From NCBI GenBank assembly GCA_964437865.1, contig CAYTJG010000002.1:1-62463 (forward strand): a DNA stretch of 62,463 nucleotides, written 5' to 3'. This DNA is from an uncultured Bifidobacteriaceae bacterium. GTDB taxonomy: Bacteria; Verrucomicrobiota; Verrucomicrobiia; Limisphaerales; UBA11358. Position numbers and translations under genes: made by a program. Positions within the stretch are counted from its first letter, which is position 1. The number at the start of each line of letters is the position of its first letter. The notes under the pieces were generated by a model. That model did not search any database. It was given only the letters and a program-made list of their open reading frames with translations, and was not told the origin of the DNA. Below are positions 18,697 to 27,304 of the stretch, piece by piece.

Positions 18697-21600
18697 TTGA
18701 TCAATTTCAAACGGGTGGCAAAGAGGTAATAAATCACCGGCAGCAGCACCAGCGTAAGCACCGTGGCCAGCAGCAAACCGCAAATATGCACCGCGGTGAG
18801 CGGATGCCACAACGCGCCGCCGGTGAGGAACAGCGGCAGCAGTCCGCCGACGGTGGCCAACACGGTCACCAGCACCGGCCGCAATCGCGCCAGCCCCGCC
18901 TGCACGAGCGCCTCCTCCAGCGGCAGACCGCGCGCCCGCGCTTTTTCAATGAAATCGCTCAGCACAATGATATGGCTGACGTTGACGCCGGCCAGGCTCA
19001 CAATGCCCAGCAGCGCGGTGAACCCGAGCGGCGACCCGGAGAACGTGAGGCCCAGCAGCGCGCCGATGATGCCCAATGGCACGGTGAGCATCACCACCAC
19101 GGATTTGGCCACCGAGCCAAATTGCGCGACCATGGTCACCGCAATCAACACCAGCGACACTTTCATCACGGCGCCCATTTCCGTCTGGTTCTGGCGCAAT
19201 TCCTTGTCCTCGCCCGCAATCCGGACCTGATACCCGGTGGGCAGGTGCAGCTTCGCCAGGCCGGGCCGGCTGCGATCCAGCACGCGCGACGGCAATTCGC
19301 CGAAGGGCGCATAGGCCTTCACCGTCACGGTGCGCAGTTGGTTGTAATGGGGAATGGTCACAAATTCCGGCTGGATTTTCAGGTCCGCGAACGCCGCGAG
19401 CGGCACGCTCCGGCCCGTGGCGGTTTGCACGTACAGGGAGCGGATTTTCTCCGCCTCGCTCCGGTCCTCAATGCGATTGCGGATCACCACCGGAATCAGC
19501 CGGTCACCCTCGCGCAATTCCGTCACCTTGAGCCCGGCAAACGCCGCCTGGGCCGCCATACCCACCTGTTCATTGTCCACGCCGATCGAATTTGCCCGGT
19601 CATGATCGATGTCAATCTGAAGGTTGGGCATGCGCAAGCCCAGGTCGTCAAAAACATGGTAGCCGCCCGCCGCCCGCACCACCGCGGCCGCCTCGTCGGC
19701 TAGTTTGCGCAACTGGTCGAGATTGTCACCGCTGATGCGGATCTGGATGGGCTCGCCCACGGGGACGCCCTGCTCCAACTGTTTGACCGTGCAGCGTACC
19801 CCGGGCACGGTGTGGTCCAGTTCCCCGCGCAGCTTCACGAGCAGGCGGGGAACGTCTTCCTCGCCGCGGGTGTTGATCAGGATCTGGGCGAGGTAACTGG
19901 CGGGTTCCCGGGGCACCACGTTGTAATAGAAGCGCGGCGCCGTGCCGCCGCTGAACACCGCCGCGCTGGCCACCTCCTTATGCTGTTTCACCAGCGCCAC
20001 CACCTGGTCCACGGCGGCGTGCAGGCTGCGGAGGGAATCCGTGGTGGGCAGTTCCACATCCAGCAGCAACTGGTTGCGCTCGGCCGGCGGAAAAAACTGC
20101 GTGCCCAGCCGCGGAATCAACAAAAAGCTCGCCAGCAACAGCAAGTACGCCGCGCCCACCACCGGCCACGGATGCCGGAGCGCGCCCTCCAGCGCCGCGC
20201 GGTAACGCGGCAGCACGCGCGCCAGCGTCTGGTCCACCCAGCGAAATAGAAAAAGCGACCGGATTTCCGCCCCTTCCTCAAAGCCCTTCTGGCCGCGCAA
20301 TATGTAGTAGCCCACCAGCGGAGTGAAGGTCACCGACACCAGCAGCGCCGAGAGTAGCGCCAGCGTGACCACTTGCGGCAGGCTTTGCATGAAAACCCCC
20401 TTGTCGCCGGAGAGCAACAGCAGCGGCAGAAAGGCCACGATATTGATCAGCGTTCCAAAGACCATTGGATGCCGCAGATGCAGCGGCCCCAGCCATGCCG
20501 CGCGCACCCGCGGCTCGCCCCGGTACAGTTCGCGGTTGATGGCGTCGGAAGCCACCACCGGCACGTCCACCAGCATGCCCAGCGCGATGATGAGGCCCGC
20601 AATCGAAATCTGCTGCAATGGAATGTTCAGCATATGCATCCCCACCAAGGTCATCGCAATCGTCAGCGGTATGGCCGTGGCCACCACCAGCGCCGAACGC
20701 CAATCCATCAGAAACAGCGCCACAATGATCACAATCACCACCGCCTCCAGAAAACACCGGGCAAAATGGTGAATCCGATGCGCCACGGCCGTGGGCTGGT
20801 CGGAGAGCAACCGCACCTCGATGCCCTCAGGCATGCGTTCCTTCAGGGCGTTCATCGTGCGCCACACGTCCGCGTTGAAATGGCGGATGATCCGCCCGTC
20901 CCGCATTTCCACCGCCAGCATCACCGACCGCCGGGTGTCCAGCGGCCCCAGGTCGTTGGTGCGCTCCAGCACGTCCACCTGGAAGGGAATTGGGGATTCA
21001 TACATCCGGCGGACCTCAAACAGGTCCCGCAGATAAATTGGTGCGCCGGCCGCGTTCACCCCCACCACCGTGCCCGGCATGTCCTGCTCGCTCTGGAATT
21101 CACCCGAAAGTTGCACCGGGAAATTCCGTCCCTCGGTGTGCAGGGTGCCGCCGGGAATCACGGCGTTCCGATGCGCAATGGCACTGATCACCCCGGCCGG
21201 AGACAATCCGTACCCCGCCACATTCGCGTCGGAAAAAAGGAGATACACCGTTTCCGACACGATGCCGACCTTGGTCACTTTGCCCACGCTCTCGATTTGC
21301 TTGAGCGCGTCCTCGCCCTCGCGGGCCAGCAACTCCAGCGTGCGGTAACTGTAACGGGGCGGCGCCGTGGCCCGGATCTGCGGCAGCGGATCCTCGTTGT
21401 CCAGCAGCAAAATCGGCGGCGTGAAATCGGGATGATACAATTCCTGGTCGGTGCCCGTGACGGTGCGGGTGAACGTCGCCACCAACCGTTCCAATTCGTT
21501 CCGGCTGGCCGAGGTCTCCAGGTCCGCGACCACAAACGTCTGGCCGTGCGCCAGCTTGATCTTCGTGGCCAGGCCGGCCGCCCGCACAGCGGTCTCAAAG

Positions 21601-22223
21601 CGCCCGCCCAGCACCTCGCGGTAATCCTGCGCAATGGCCGCCGGGAAAAACAGCGCCACCGCCGCGTGCCGCGGCGCGGTGGACCCCGCGCGCAATTCCG
21701 CCAGCCGGTCGCGCAACACTTGCGCCCGCGCCACACATTCGGCATCCGAAATCGGCGGGCTTACCAGCGCAAACAGCAGCGTCACCGTGTTGCCAAAATC
21801 GGTGTTCAAGAACGGCTCGCGCGCGCCTTCCGGCAACGCCACCTCCCGCAGCTTGGCCCGCAGCTTGTCCCACTCCTGGTCCAGGCTGGCCTTGGACGCC
21901 GGCAGCATTTTGATCGTCAGCACCGAAACGCCCGGCCGGGATTCGGACTTGATTTCCTCCAGCGTTTGCAGTTCGGATATCTTTCGCTCGACCGGCTTGG
22001 AAATCAGTTCCTCCACCTTGGAGGCGGTGGCGCCGGGAAATGCCGTCACCAGCATGGCCGTCCGATGCGGAATGGTGGGATCTTCCTGCTGGCCCAATTT
22101 GCCATACACAATCCCCCCCCAAACCAGCACCACCAGCAGCGCCATCCAGCCCACCTCCCGGTGCTCCACGATGTACTGTGCCAGACCGCCGGAGCGGCCT
22201 TGGTTGGAAACGGGTTCGGTCAT
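18693..22223 (-). CDS. RND efflux permease (AcrB/HAE-type), 1176 aa
   Basis: It has the 12-TM RND layout with two large periplasmic loops and typical TM4 and TM10 regions. It is longer than the roughly 1050 aa of classical AcrB. Confidence 0.9.
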   Translation of the reverse strand: MTEPVSNQGRSGGLAQYIVEHREVGWMALLVVLVWGGIVYGKLGQQEDPTIPHRTAMLVTAFPGATASKVEELISKPVERKISELQTLEEIKSESRPGVSVLTIKMLPASKASLDQEWDKLRAKLREVALPEGAREPFLNTDFGNTVTLLFALVSPPISDAECVARAQVLRDRLAELRAGSTAPRHAAVALFFPAAIAQDYREVLGGRFETAVRAAGLATKIKLAHGQTFVVADLETSASRNELERLVATFTRTVTGTDQELYHPDFTPPILLLDNEDPLPQIRATAPPRYSYRTLELLAREGEDALKQIESVGKVTKVGIVSETVYLLFSDANVAGYGLSPAGVISAIAHRNAVIPGGTLHTEGRNFPVQLSGEFQSEQDMPGTVVGVNAAGAPIYLRDLFEVRRMYESPIPFQVDVLERTNDLGPLDTRRSVMLAVEMRDGRIIRHFNADVWRTMNALKERMPEGIEVRLLSDQPTAVAHRIHHFARCFLEAVVIVIIVALFLMDWRSALVVATAIPLTIAMTLVGMHMLNIPLQQISIAGLIIALGMLVDVPVVASDAINRELYRGEPRVRAAWLGPLHLRHPMVFGTLINIVAFLPLLLLSGDKGVFMQSLPQVVTLALLSALLVSVTFTPLVGYYILRGQKGFEEGAEIRSLFLFRWVDQTLARVLPRYRAALEGALRHPWPVVGAAYLLLLASFLLIPRLGTQFFPPAERNQLLLDVELPTTDSLRSLHAAVDQVVALVKQHKEVASAAVFSGGTAPRFYYNVVPREPASYLAQILINTRGEEDVPRLLVKLRGELDHTVPGVRCTVKQLEQGVPVGEPIQIRISGDNLDQLRKLADEAAAVVRAAGGYHVFDDLGLRMPNLQIDIDHDRANSIGVDNEQVGMAAQAAFAGLKVTELREGDRLIPVVIRNRIEDRSEAEKIRSLYVQTATGRSVPLAAFADLKIQPEFVTIPHYNQLRTVTVKAYAPFGELPSRVLDRSRPGLAKLHLPTGYQVRIAGEDKELRQNQTEMGAVMKVSLVLIAVTMVAQFGSVAKSVVVMLTVPLGIIGALLGLTFSGSPLGFTALLGIVSLAGVNVSHIIVLSDFIEKARARGLPLEEALVQAGLARLRPVLVTVLATVGGLLPLFLTGGALWHPLTAVHICGLLLATVLTLVLLPVIYYLFATRLKLIK

Positions 22224-22235
22224 CGCGGGAAAGGG

Positions 22236-23384
22236 TTAGGGGCGCGCTGCCGGGTTTCCGGCCACCACCTGCACGGGGGCGCCGTCGTAGAGAAAACTGG
22301 CCCCGGCCGTCACCACCTGGTCGCCTGCCGCCAGTCCCTCCGTCACCACGATCGAACTGTCGAGAATATCGCCGGTTTTCACCAGCCGCTCGCGGGCCTT
22401 GCCGTCCTTGACCACAAACACCGCCAGCGGCACGGTGGCGGCGCCCGGGGCGCCGCCGGCCGGAGCTGTTACCAGCGCCGAAAGCGGGATGGTTATCGCG
22501 TTGGTGGCCGTTGCCGAGGCCGCGCCGAGATTGATGCGCGCGGTCATGCCGGAACGCAATTGCCCATCGGCATTGGGCACCTTGATCACCACGCGAAAGA
22601 GCCGGTCGCCGGCATTGGCCGCCACGCCCACCTCGGAAACGCGACCGCGAAACGGCCCCCGGCCTTCCAGGGCCGAAACCACCACGTCCACCGTGTCGCC
22701 GGGCGTCAAGCGCGTCACCAGGCGGTCCGGCAGGCCCAATTCCACCGACATCACGCTGGTGTCCGCAAACCGCAACACGCGCTGGCCGGCGCCCACCGTG
22801 GCGTGGATGTTCACGTAGCGTTGCAGCACCACGCCGTCCCGGGCCGCCAGCAGCCGGGAATCCCGCAAATTCTGCTCCGCCTCGTCCAATTGCGCCTGGG
22901 CCGTACGCGCGTTGGCCTCCGCCACTTCCAGTTCCTGCTGGGACACGGCATCGGTCAAACGCAGCTTGCGGCAACGCTCCAGTTCCGTGCCCGCCAGGTC
23001 GGCATGGGCGCGGGCGGAGTTCAAGGCGTTCGTAAAGTCCCCCTGCTTCAACTCCGCCAGCACCACGCCGGCTTTCACCGGCGTGCCCTCGTCCCAGTCC
23101 GCGTCGGCGTCGGCCCCAAGGCGGTCAATGATGCCGCCCACCTTGAAGGCCAGGTCGGTCTCTTTTTCCGCCCGCACCTGGGCCAGATAGCCCGCCTCGC
23201 CGGCCGGCTGGCTGTGGTTCAGGGAGTCCACCGTCACCACGCGCACCAGGTTTGGCTCGGACGCCACCACGGGTGGTTTGTCGCATCCCGCCGCCAGCAC
23301 GGTCAGCGCGGTGAGCAGTGCCGCCACGCCCCCTCCGGCCCGGCGGGATATACCCTCGCTGGTGAGCATCAGGCTTCGTTTCAT
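22236..23384 (-). CDS. RND periplasmic adaptor (MFP/HlyD-like) lipoprotein
   Basis: It has the lipobox LAAGC plus coiled-coil hairpin, barrel-sandwich and beta-barrel segments. The start at MKRSLML overlaps the tetR stop as ATGA. Confidence 0.85.
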   Translation of the reverse strand: MKRSLMLTSEGISRRAGGGVAALLTALTVLAAGCDKPPVVASEPNLVRVVTVDSLNHSQPAGEAGYLAQVRAEKETDLAFKVGGIIDRLGADADADWDEGTPVKAGVVLAELKQGDFTNALNSARAHADLAGTELERCRKLRLTDAVSQQELEVAEANARTAQAQLDEAEQNLRDSRLLAARDGVVLQRYVNIHATVGAGQRVLRFADTSVMSVELGLPDRLVTRLTPGDTVDVVVSALEGRGPFRGRVSEVGVAANAGDRLFRVVIKVPNADGQLRSGMTARINLGAASATATNAITIPLSALVTAPAGGAPGAATVPLAVFVVKDGKARERLVKTGDILDSSIVVTEGLAAGDQVVTAGASFLYDGAPVQVVAGNPAARP

Positions 23385-24121
23385 GTCTGAGGTTTCCTGC
23401 CCGCTTTGAACCAAGTCGCGTTGGGAAAAAGATCTTTGCAGATCCGCCGGTCCAGCGCCGCCTGCCGGCGTCCGTTCGCCACGGGTTGCCAGCCCCAGCC
23501 GTCGAGCAGCCGCTCTTGATGCAGCAGTAACGTCGCCATCGTATCCCGCCAGCCGCAAAGCGATTGCAACTGCGGCTGCGTGAGCACGCAATGGCTCCCC
23601 ACAGTCACGGCCATCACGCTGAGCGTCACCTCCTCAAGGGGCGTGCCCGCGGGCAAGTCGCCGGCCGCCACGGCTTCCGCCACCACCCGGTTGAGCAGCG
23701 TCCAGACCCGGCGGGCCTCGGCCAAATGGTTGTCCTGTCGTTCCTTGGAAACGCGATTCCAGAAGGAGCGGGCTTGGAGCATCAACTCCACCGTGAAGAA
23801 TTCCGGATGACTGGCGGTGAATTCGCAGCACGCAAAACCCATCGCGCGCGCCCGTGTCCGGGTGGACCCCGGATAGGCCGCCGCCCGTTCGAGCAGGTCC
23901 GCGCGGTGCCTCAGGGCGTGCGTGGCCACCGCCAGCACCAGGTCTTCCTTGGTCTTGAAATGCAGATACAGCGTGCCCTTGGAGTACTCCACCGCCCGCG
24001 CCAATTCGTCGAGATTGAGATCCTGATAGCCGTCCCGCGCCAGCAACCGGGCGGCGTGATCCAAAATCAGGGTCTCGCGTTCCCTGCGCTGGCGTTGTTT
24101 CCGGGTCGAGGTGACCGTCAT
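23381..24121 (-). CDS. TetR/AcrR-family transcriptional regulator
   Basis: It has the N-terminal HTH pattern ILDHAARLLARDGYQDLNLDELARAVEYSKGTLYLHFKTKEDL and is the first gene of the efflux operon. Confidence 0.85.
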   Translation of the reverse strand: MTVTSTRKQRQRRERETLILDHAARLLARDGYQDLNLDELARAVEYSKGTLYLHFKTKEDLVLAVATHALRHRADLLERAAAYPGSTRTRARAMGFACCEFTASHPEFFTVELMLQARSFWNRVSKERQDNHLAEARRVWTLLNRVVAEAVAAGDLPAGTPLEEVTLSVMAVTVGSHCVLTQPQLQSLCGWRDTMATLLLHQERLLDGWGWQPVANGRRQAALDRRICKDLFPNATWFKAGRKPQT

Positions 24122-24142
24122 GCTGCCTAAATTAATCTAATC

Positions 24143-24155
24143 TGACTTCAAGTCA
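24143..24155. promoter_or_regulatory. Candidate TetR operator, a perfect 6-1-6 palindrome TGACTT-C-AAGTCA
   Basis: The palindrome lies 22-34 nt upstream of the tetR ATG in an AT-rich intergenic region. An extra AAGTCA half-site is at 24168-24173. Confidence 0.4.
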
Positions 24156-24365
24156 AAAGATTTCATAAAGTCAATTTATGCCGGAAAGTGTGGCTTGGCC
24201 TTCGGCGGTTGTGTTCATTTTCCATGGCTTGTCCAATTTTGCCTTGGCTTCGCCCCCAAGCTGTCGTCACACGGCCCTTTAAGGCGCTGTCGGTTCAGCG
24301 GGGCAGTCATGGAATTTTAAAAAACTGGCTCCTTTCCTCGGCTGGCAAATTTTTTTAATCTCGGA

Positions 24366-24812
24366 TTGTCTATGACAGACTTGAGGTTGATTCTGGATGG
24401 CGGAGCGGTTGTGCTGCCTGGACCTGGCTTCCTGATGTATGGGGTTTGGCGCCTCTGCCAAGAGCTTCGTGTCAAGCGCTGGCCGCGTGTTCCGGCCAGG
24501 ATTGTGGAATCCAGAATTGAGAGACGCGCTCTTCGGGCGGGCGACGAATTTGTTCCCGTGATCTTTTTTGAGTACACCGTGAATGGGGTGCGCTATTGCA
24601 CGCAGGCGGATCTGTTTTCAGCGGGCACGCAGGCACATGCAGAGTACCTGACGAAGCGATTTCATTTTCACAAATCTGTGTTCGCAAGTGTCAATCCGAA
24701 GCGGCCAAGCGTAGCGAGCTTGGAGTCGAAAACCACCATCGTGCCCGGGTTGTTTATAGCGCTCGGATGCCTGTTCACATTCGTGGGAATCATGTTTTTT
24801 CGGAGCCTCTGA
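24366..24812 (+). CDS. DUF3592-like small membrane protein
   Basis: It has an N-terminal TM, a beta-rich segment (WPRVPARIVESRI...FFEYTVNGVRY) and a C-terminal TM. Confidence 0.6.
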   Translation: MSMTDLRLILDGGAVVLPGPGFLMYGVWRLCQELRVKRWPRVPARIVESRIERRALRAGDEFVPVIFFEYTVNGVRYCTQADLFSAGTQAHAEYLTKRFHFHKSVFASVNPKRPSVASLESKTTIVPGLFIALGCLFTFVGIMFFRSL

Positions 24813-24844
24813 TGGTTGCCTTCTTTACTCCGCCTTCCGATCGC

Positions 24845-25684
24845 TCAATTCACGAGGCGGGGAGTGGGAGCCGGCGGATCAACTTTCAGCAGGACGCCGC
24901 TGCAGCCCTGGAGGGCGGATTGCTGAAGCAAGCAGGCGAGTTTGGCGGCGGCCGGAACCGGGGGGAGCCCTTGCGCACGGATGTTGGAAACGCAGTTGCG
25001 GTCGGCATCGGTCTTTGCCGGGCCGGGTTGATAGGTGAGGTAGGCACCCAGACTATCCGGCGAGCCGAGGCCGGGACGTTCGCCGAGCAGGGCCAGCGCG
25101 TGACGGGCGCGTAAGAGCGCGCCGAGTTCGTCCTGGAGCTTGACCCGGGCGAAGGGGACGATGAATACAGGCGAAAGGGTCCAGCCGGCTTGGAGGAGCA
25201 GCGGGAGCAAAGCGAGCAGCGTGGGGGCGGCTTGGGTTTCTGTGGCCAGACTGGACAGGCCATCGGAGACCATAACCACCAGATCGCGATCGGCCCAGCG
25301 GGCGAGGTGGTCGGTCAAAAGCTGGCGGGAGGGGGCGGACAGTTGGCGGCCCAGATCCGGACGGCGCAGGAATTCCTCGCGCGAGGTGGCGGCGGTGGTC
25401 AGCCGGACGGTTTCCAAGCCGGCAGCGCGCAAGGGCTGTTCCACCCGGTCGGCGTCGAAGGCTTTGGCCACGGCGTCGCGGGCTTGGGCGTGGGCCAGGC
25501 GGAAATCGAGCAGGGTTTGCGTGCGCCAACTGGCGCCGGCGCGGCCGAGGGCGATGCGGGCGTCGGTGAACCGGCACAGGCTGTTCCAAGGATCAGGGCC
25601 CGATGCCGCGGGCTGGCTGCGCACGTCCAGGCTCTGGCTTGGCGAGGAAGACCGTGGGGGTTGGTTAGCGGGTTGGAACTCCAT
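24845..25684 (-). CDS. eutC: Ethanolamine ammonia-lyase small subunit
   Basis: EutC-like sequence is present: RFTDARIALGRAGASWRTQTLLDFRLAHAQARDAV, VMVSDGLSS and NIRAQGL. The ATG at 25684 gives a 20-nt overlap with eutB. It is the 3' part of a 584-aa ORF on the supplied track. Confidence 0.85.
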   Translation of the reverse strand: MEFQPANQPPRSSSPSQSLDVRSQPAASGPDPWNSLCRFTDARIALGRAGASWRTQTLLDFRLAHAQARDAVAKAFDADRVEQPLRAAGLETVRLTTAATSREEFLRRPDLGRQLSAPSRQLLTDHLARWADRDLVVMVSDGLSSLATETQAAPTLLALLPLLLQAGWTLSPVFIVPFARVKLQDELGALLRARHALALLGERPGLGSPDSLGAYLTYQPGPAKTDADRNCVSNIRAQGLPPVPAAAKLACLLQQSALQGCSGVLLKVDPPAPTPRLVN

Positions 25685-27053
25685 GGTTGAGCAGGGCGTG
25701 GGTGGGGGCGACAGGTTGGAGCTGGCCGGCGGGGTTGAGGATGCCCATGCGCTGGAGCCAGTCTTCAAACTCGGGCGCGGGCCGGAGTCCAAGGACTTGC
25801 CGCAGGTAATGGCGGTCGTGAAAGGAGGTGGATTGGTAGCCGAGCATGATGTCGTCGGCCCCGGGCACGCCCATGATGTAATTGCAGCCGGCCACGCCGA
25901 GGAGCGTGAGCAGGGTGTCCATGTCGTCCTGGTCGGCTTGGGCGTGGTTGGTGTAGCAGACATCCACGCCCATGGGGAGACCGAGCACTTTGCCGCAGAA
26001 ATGGTCTTCCAAGCCGGCGCGGATGATCTGTTTACCGTCGAACAGATATTCGGGGCCGATGAAGCCGACGACGGTGTTGACCAAGAGGGGCTGGAATTCG
26101 CGGGCCACGGCGTAGGCGCGGGCTTCGCAAGTTTGCTGGTCAAGGCCGTGATGGGCGGCGGCGGAGAGGGAGGATCCCTGGCCGGTCTCGAAGTACATGA
26201 CGTTCTGGCCGACGGTGCCGCGGTGGAGGGCGAGAGCGGCGGCGTGGGCCTCGCGCAGGAGCGCGAGGGAAATGCCGAAGCTGCGGTTGGCGGCCTCGGT
26301 GCCGGCGATGGACTGAAACAGGAGATCCACGGGCGCGCCCTGGCGGAGGGCTTCCAATTGGGTGGTGAGGTGCGCCAGGATGCACGATTGGGTGGGGATT
26401 TGGTGCGCGTGGATGAGTTCATCCAAGAGCCGGTGCAGGCGCACCACGGAAGCCACGTTGTCGGTGGCGGGGTTGATACCGATGACCGCGTCGCCGCAGC
26501 CGTAGAGGAGGCCGTCCACAATGGAGGCGAGGATGCCGCGGGGATCATCCACGGGATGATTGGGCTGCAGGCGCACGGAGAGCCGGCCAGGCAAACCAAT
26601 GGTGGAGCGGAAAGCAGTGACCACGCGGCATTTGCGGGCGGCGAGGATGAGGTCCTGGTTGCTCATCAGCTTCGCGGCGGCGGCGGCCATTTCCGGGGTG
26701 AGGCCCGGGGCCACGGCGGCGAGCGCGGGGGCGTCGGTTTCATAAGCGAGGATCCATTCGCGGAAGGCGCCGACGGTCAGGCCCGCCACTGGCGCAAAGG
26801 CGGCGGCGGAGTGCTGATCCAAGATGAGGCGGCTGACCTCATCGGTTTCGTAGGGGACGAGAGGTTCGGCGAGGAAGTGGGCGAGGGGGACATCCGCGAG
26901 AATCATTTGGGCGGCGACGCGTTCCTCGGCGGAGGCGGCGGCGACACCGGCCAGTTCATCGCCGGCGCGGCGCGGCGTGGCTTTGGCCATGAGTTCGCGG
27001 AGGGAAGCGAACTGATAGGAGCGGGCGCCGATCTGGGTACGCCAGCGGTTCAT
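25665..27053 (-). CDS. eutB: Ethanolamine ammonia-lyase large subunit (AdoCbl-dependent)
   Basis: EutB-like sequence runs the full length, for example YQFASLRELMAKATPRRAGDELAGVAA and MYFETGQGS. It is 462 aa. Confidence 0.92.
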   Translation of the reverse strand: MNRWRTQIGARSYQFASLRELMAKATPRRAGDELAGVAAASAEERVAAQMILADVPLAHFLAEPLVPYETDEVSRLILDQHSAAAFAPVAGLTVGAFREWILAYETDAPALAAVAPGLTPEMAAAAAKLMSNQDLILAARKCRVVTAFRSTIGLPGRLSVRLQPNHPVDDPRGILASIVDGLLYGCGDAVIGINPATDNVASVVRLHRLLDELIHAHQIPTQSCILAHLTTQLEALRQGAPVDLLFQSIAGTEAANRSFGISLALLREAHAAALALHRGTVGQNVMYFETGQGSSLSAAAHHGLDQQTCEARAYAVAREFQPLLVNTVVGFIGPEYLFDGKQIIRAGLEDHFCGKVLGLPMGVDVCYTNHAQADQDDMDTLLTLLGVAGCNYIMGVPGADDIMLGYQSTSFHDRHYLRQVLGLRPAPEFEDWLQRMGILNPAGQLQPVAPTHALLNHGVPTR

Positions 27054-27304
27054 GCGATGAGGCAGAAAAAGGTGTTCACGTGTTTACCGTCTGGCTGGTG
27101 TTGTCGACGGGGCGGTGGGGCAGCTCCGGTGACCTCCTGCGTCCGACGGTTGTTCGCTGGGCCAGAACGATAGGCGGTGAGACGGAAACTGGCAAGGGGC
27201 TTTGGAGACTGTTTTTGGGATGGAGACGTTGCGCGACGAACGGCGTTTGCGAGTGGCGCGCCAGCGTCCGGAGCGCCATTGCTCGGCCCGCGCGGACTGG
27301 CACC

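Noticed and set aside
25685-26599. The N-terminal 300 aa of the 584-aa ORF that ends as eutC.
   Set aside because: This part overlaps eutB out of frame and is Pro/Ser/Thr/Ala-rich junk. EutC-like sequence only begins at the internal ATG at 25684.
27054-27304. A cobalamin riboswitch or regulatory RNA upstream of eutB.
   Set aside because: I read the minus-strand leader and found only a weak GCCACTC. There is no B12-box GCCACTG and no GGGAA/GGTG core elements. A covariance-model scan would be needed to be sure.
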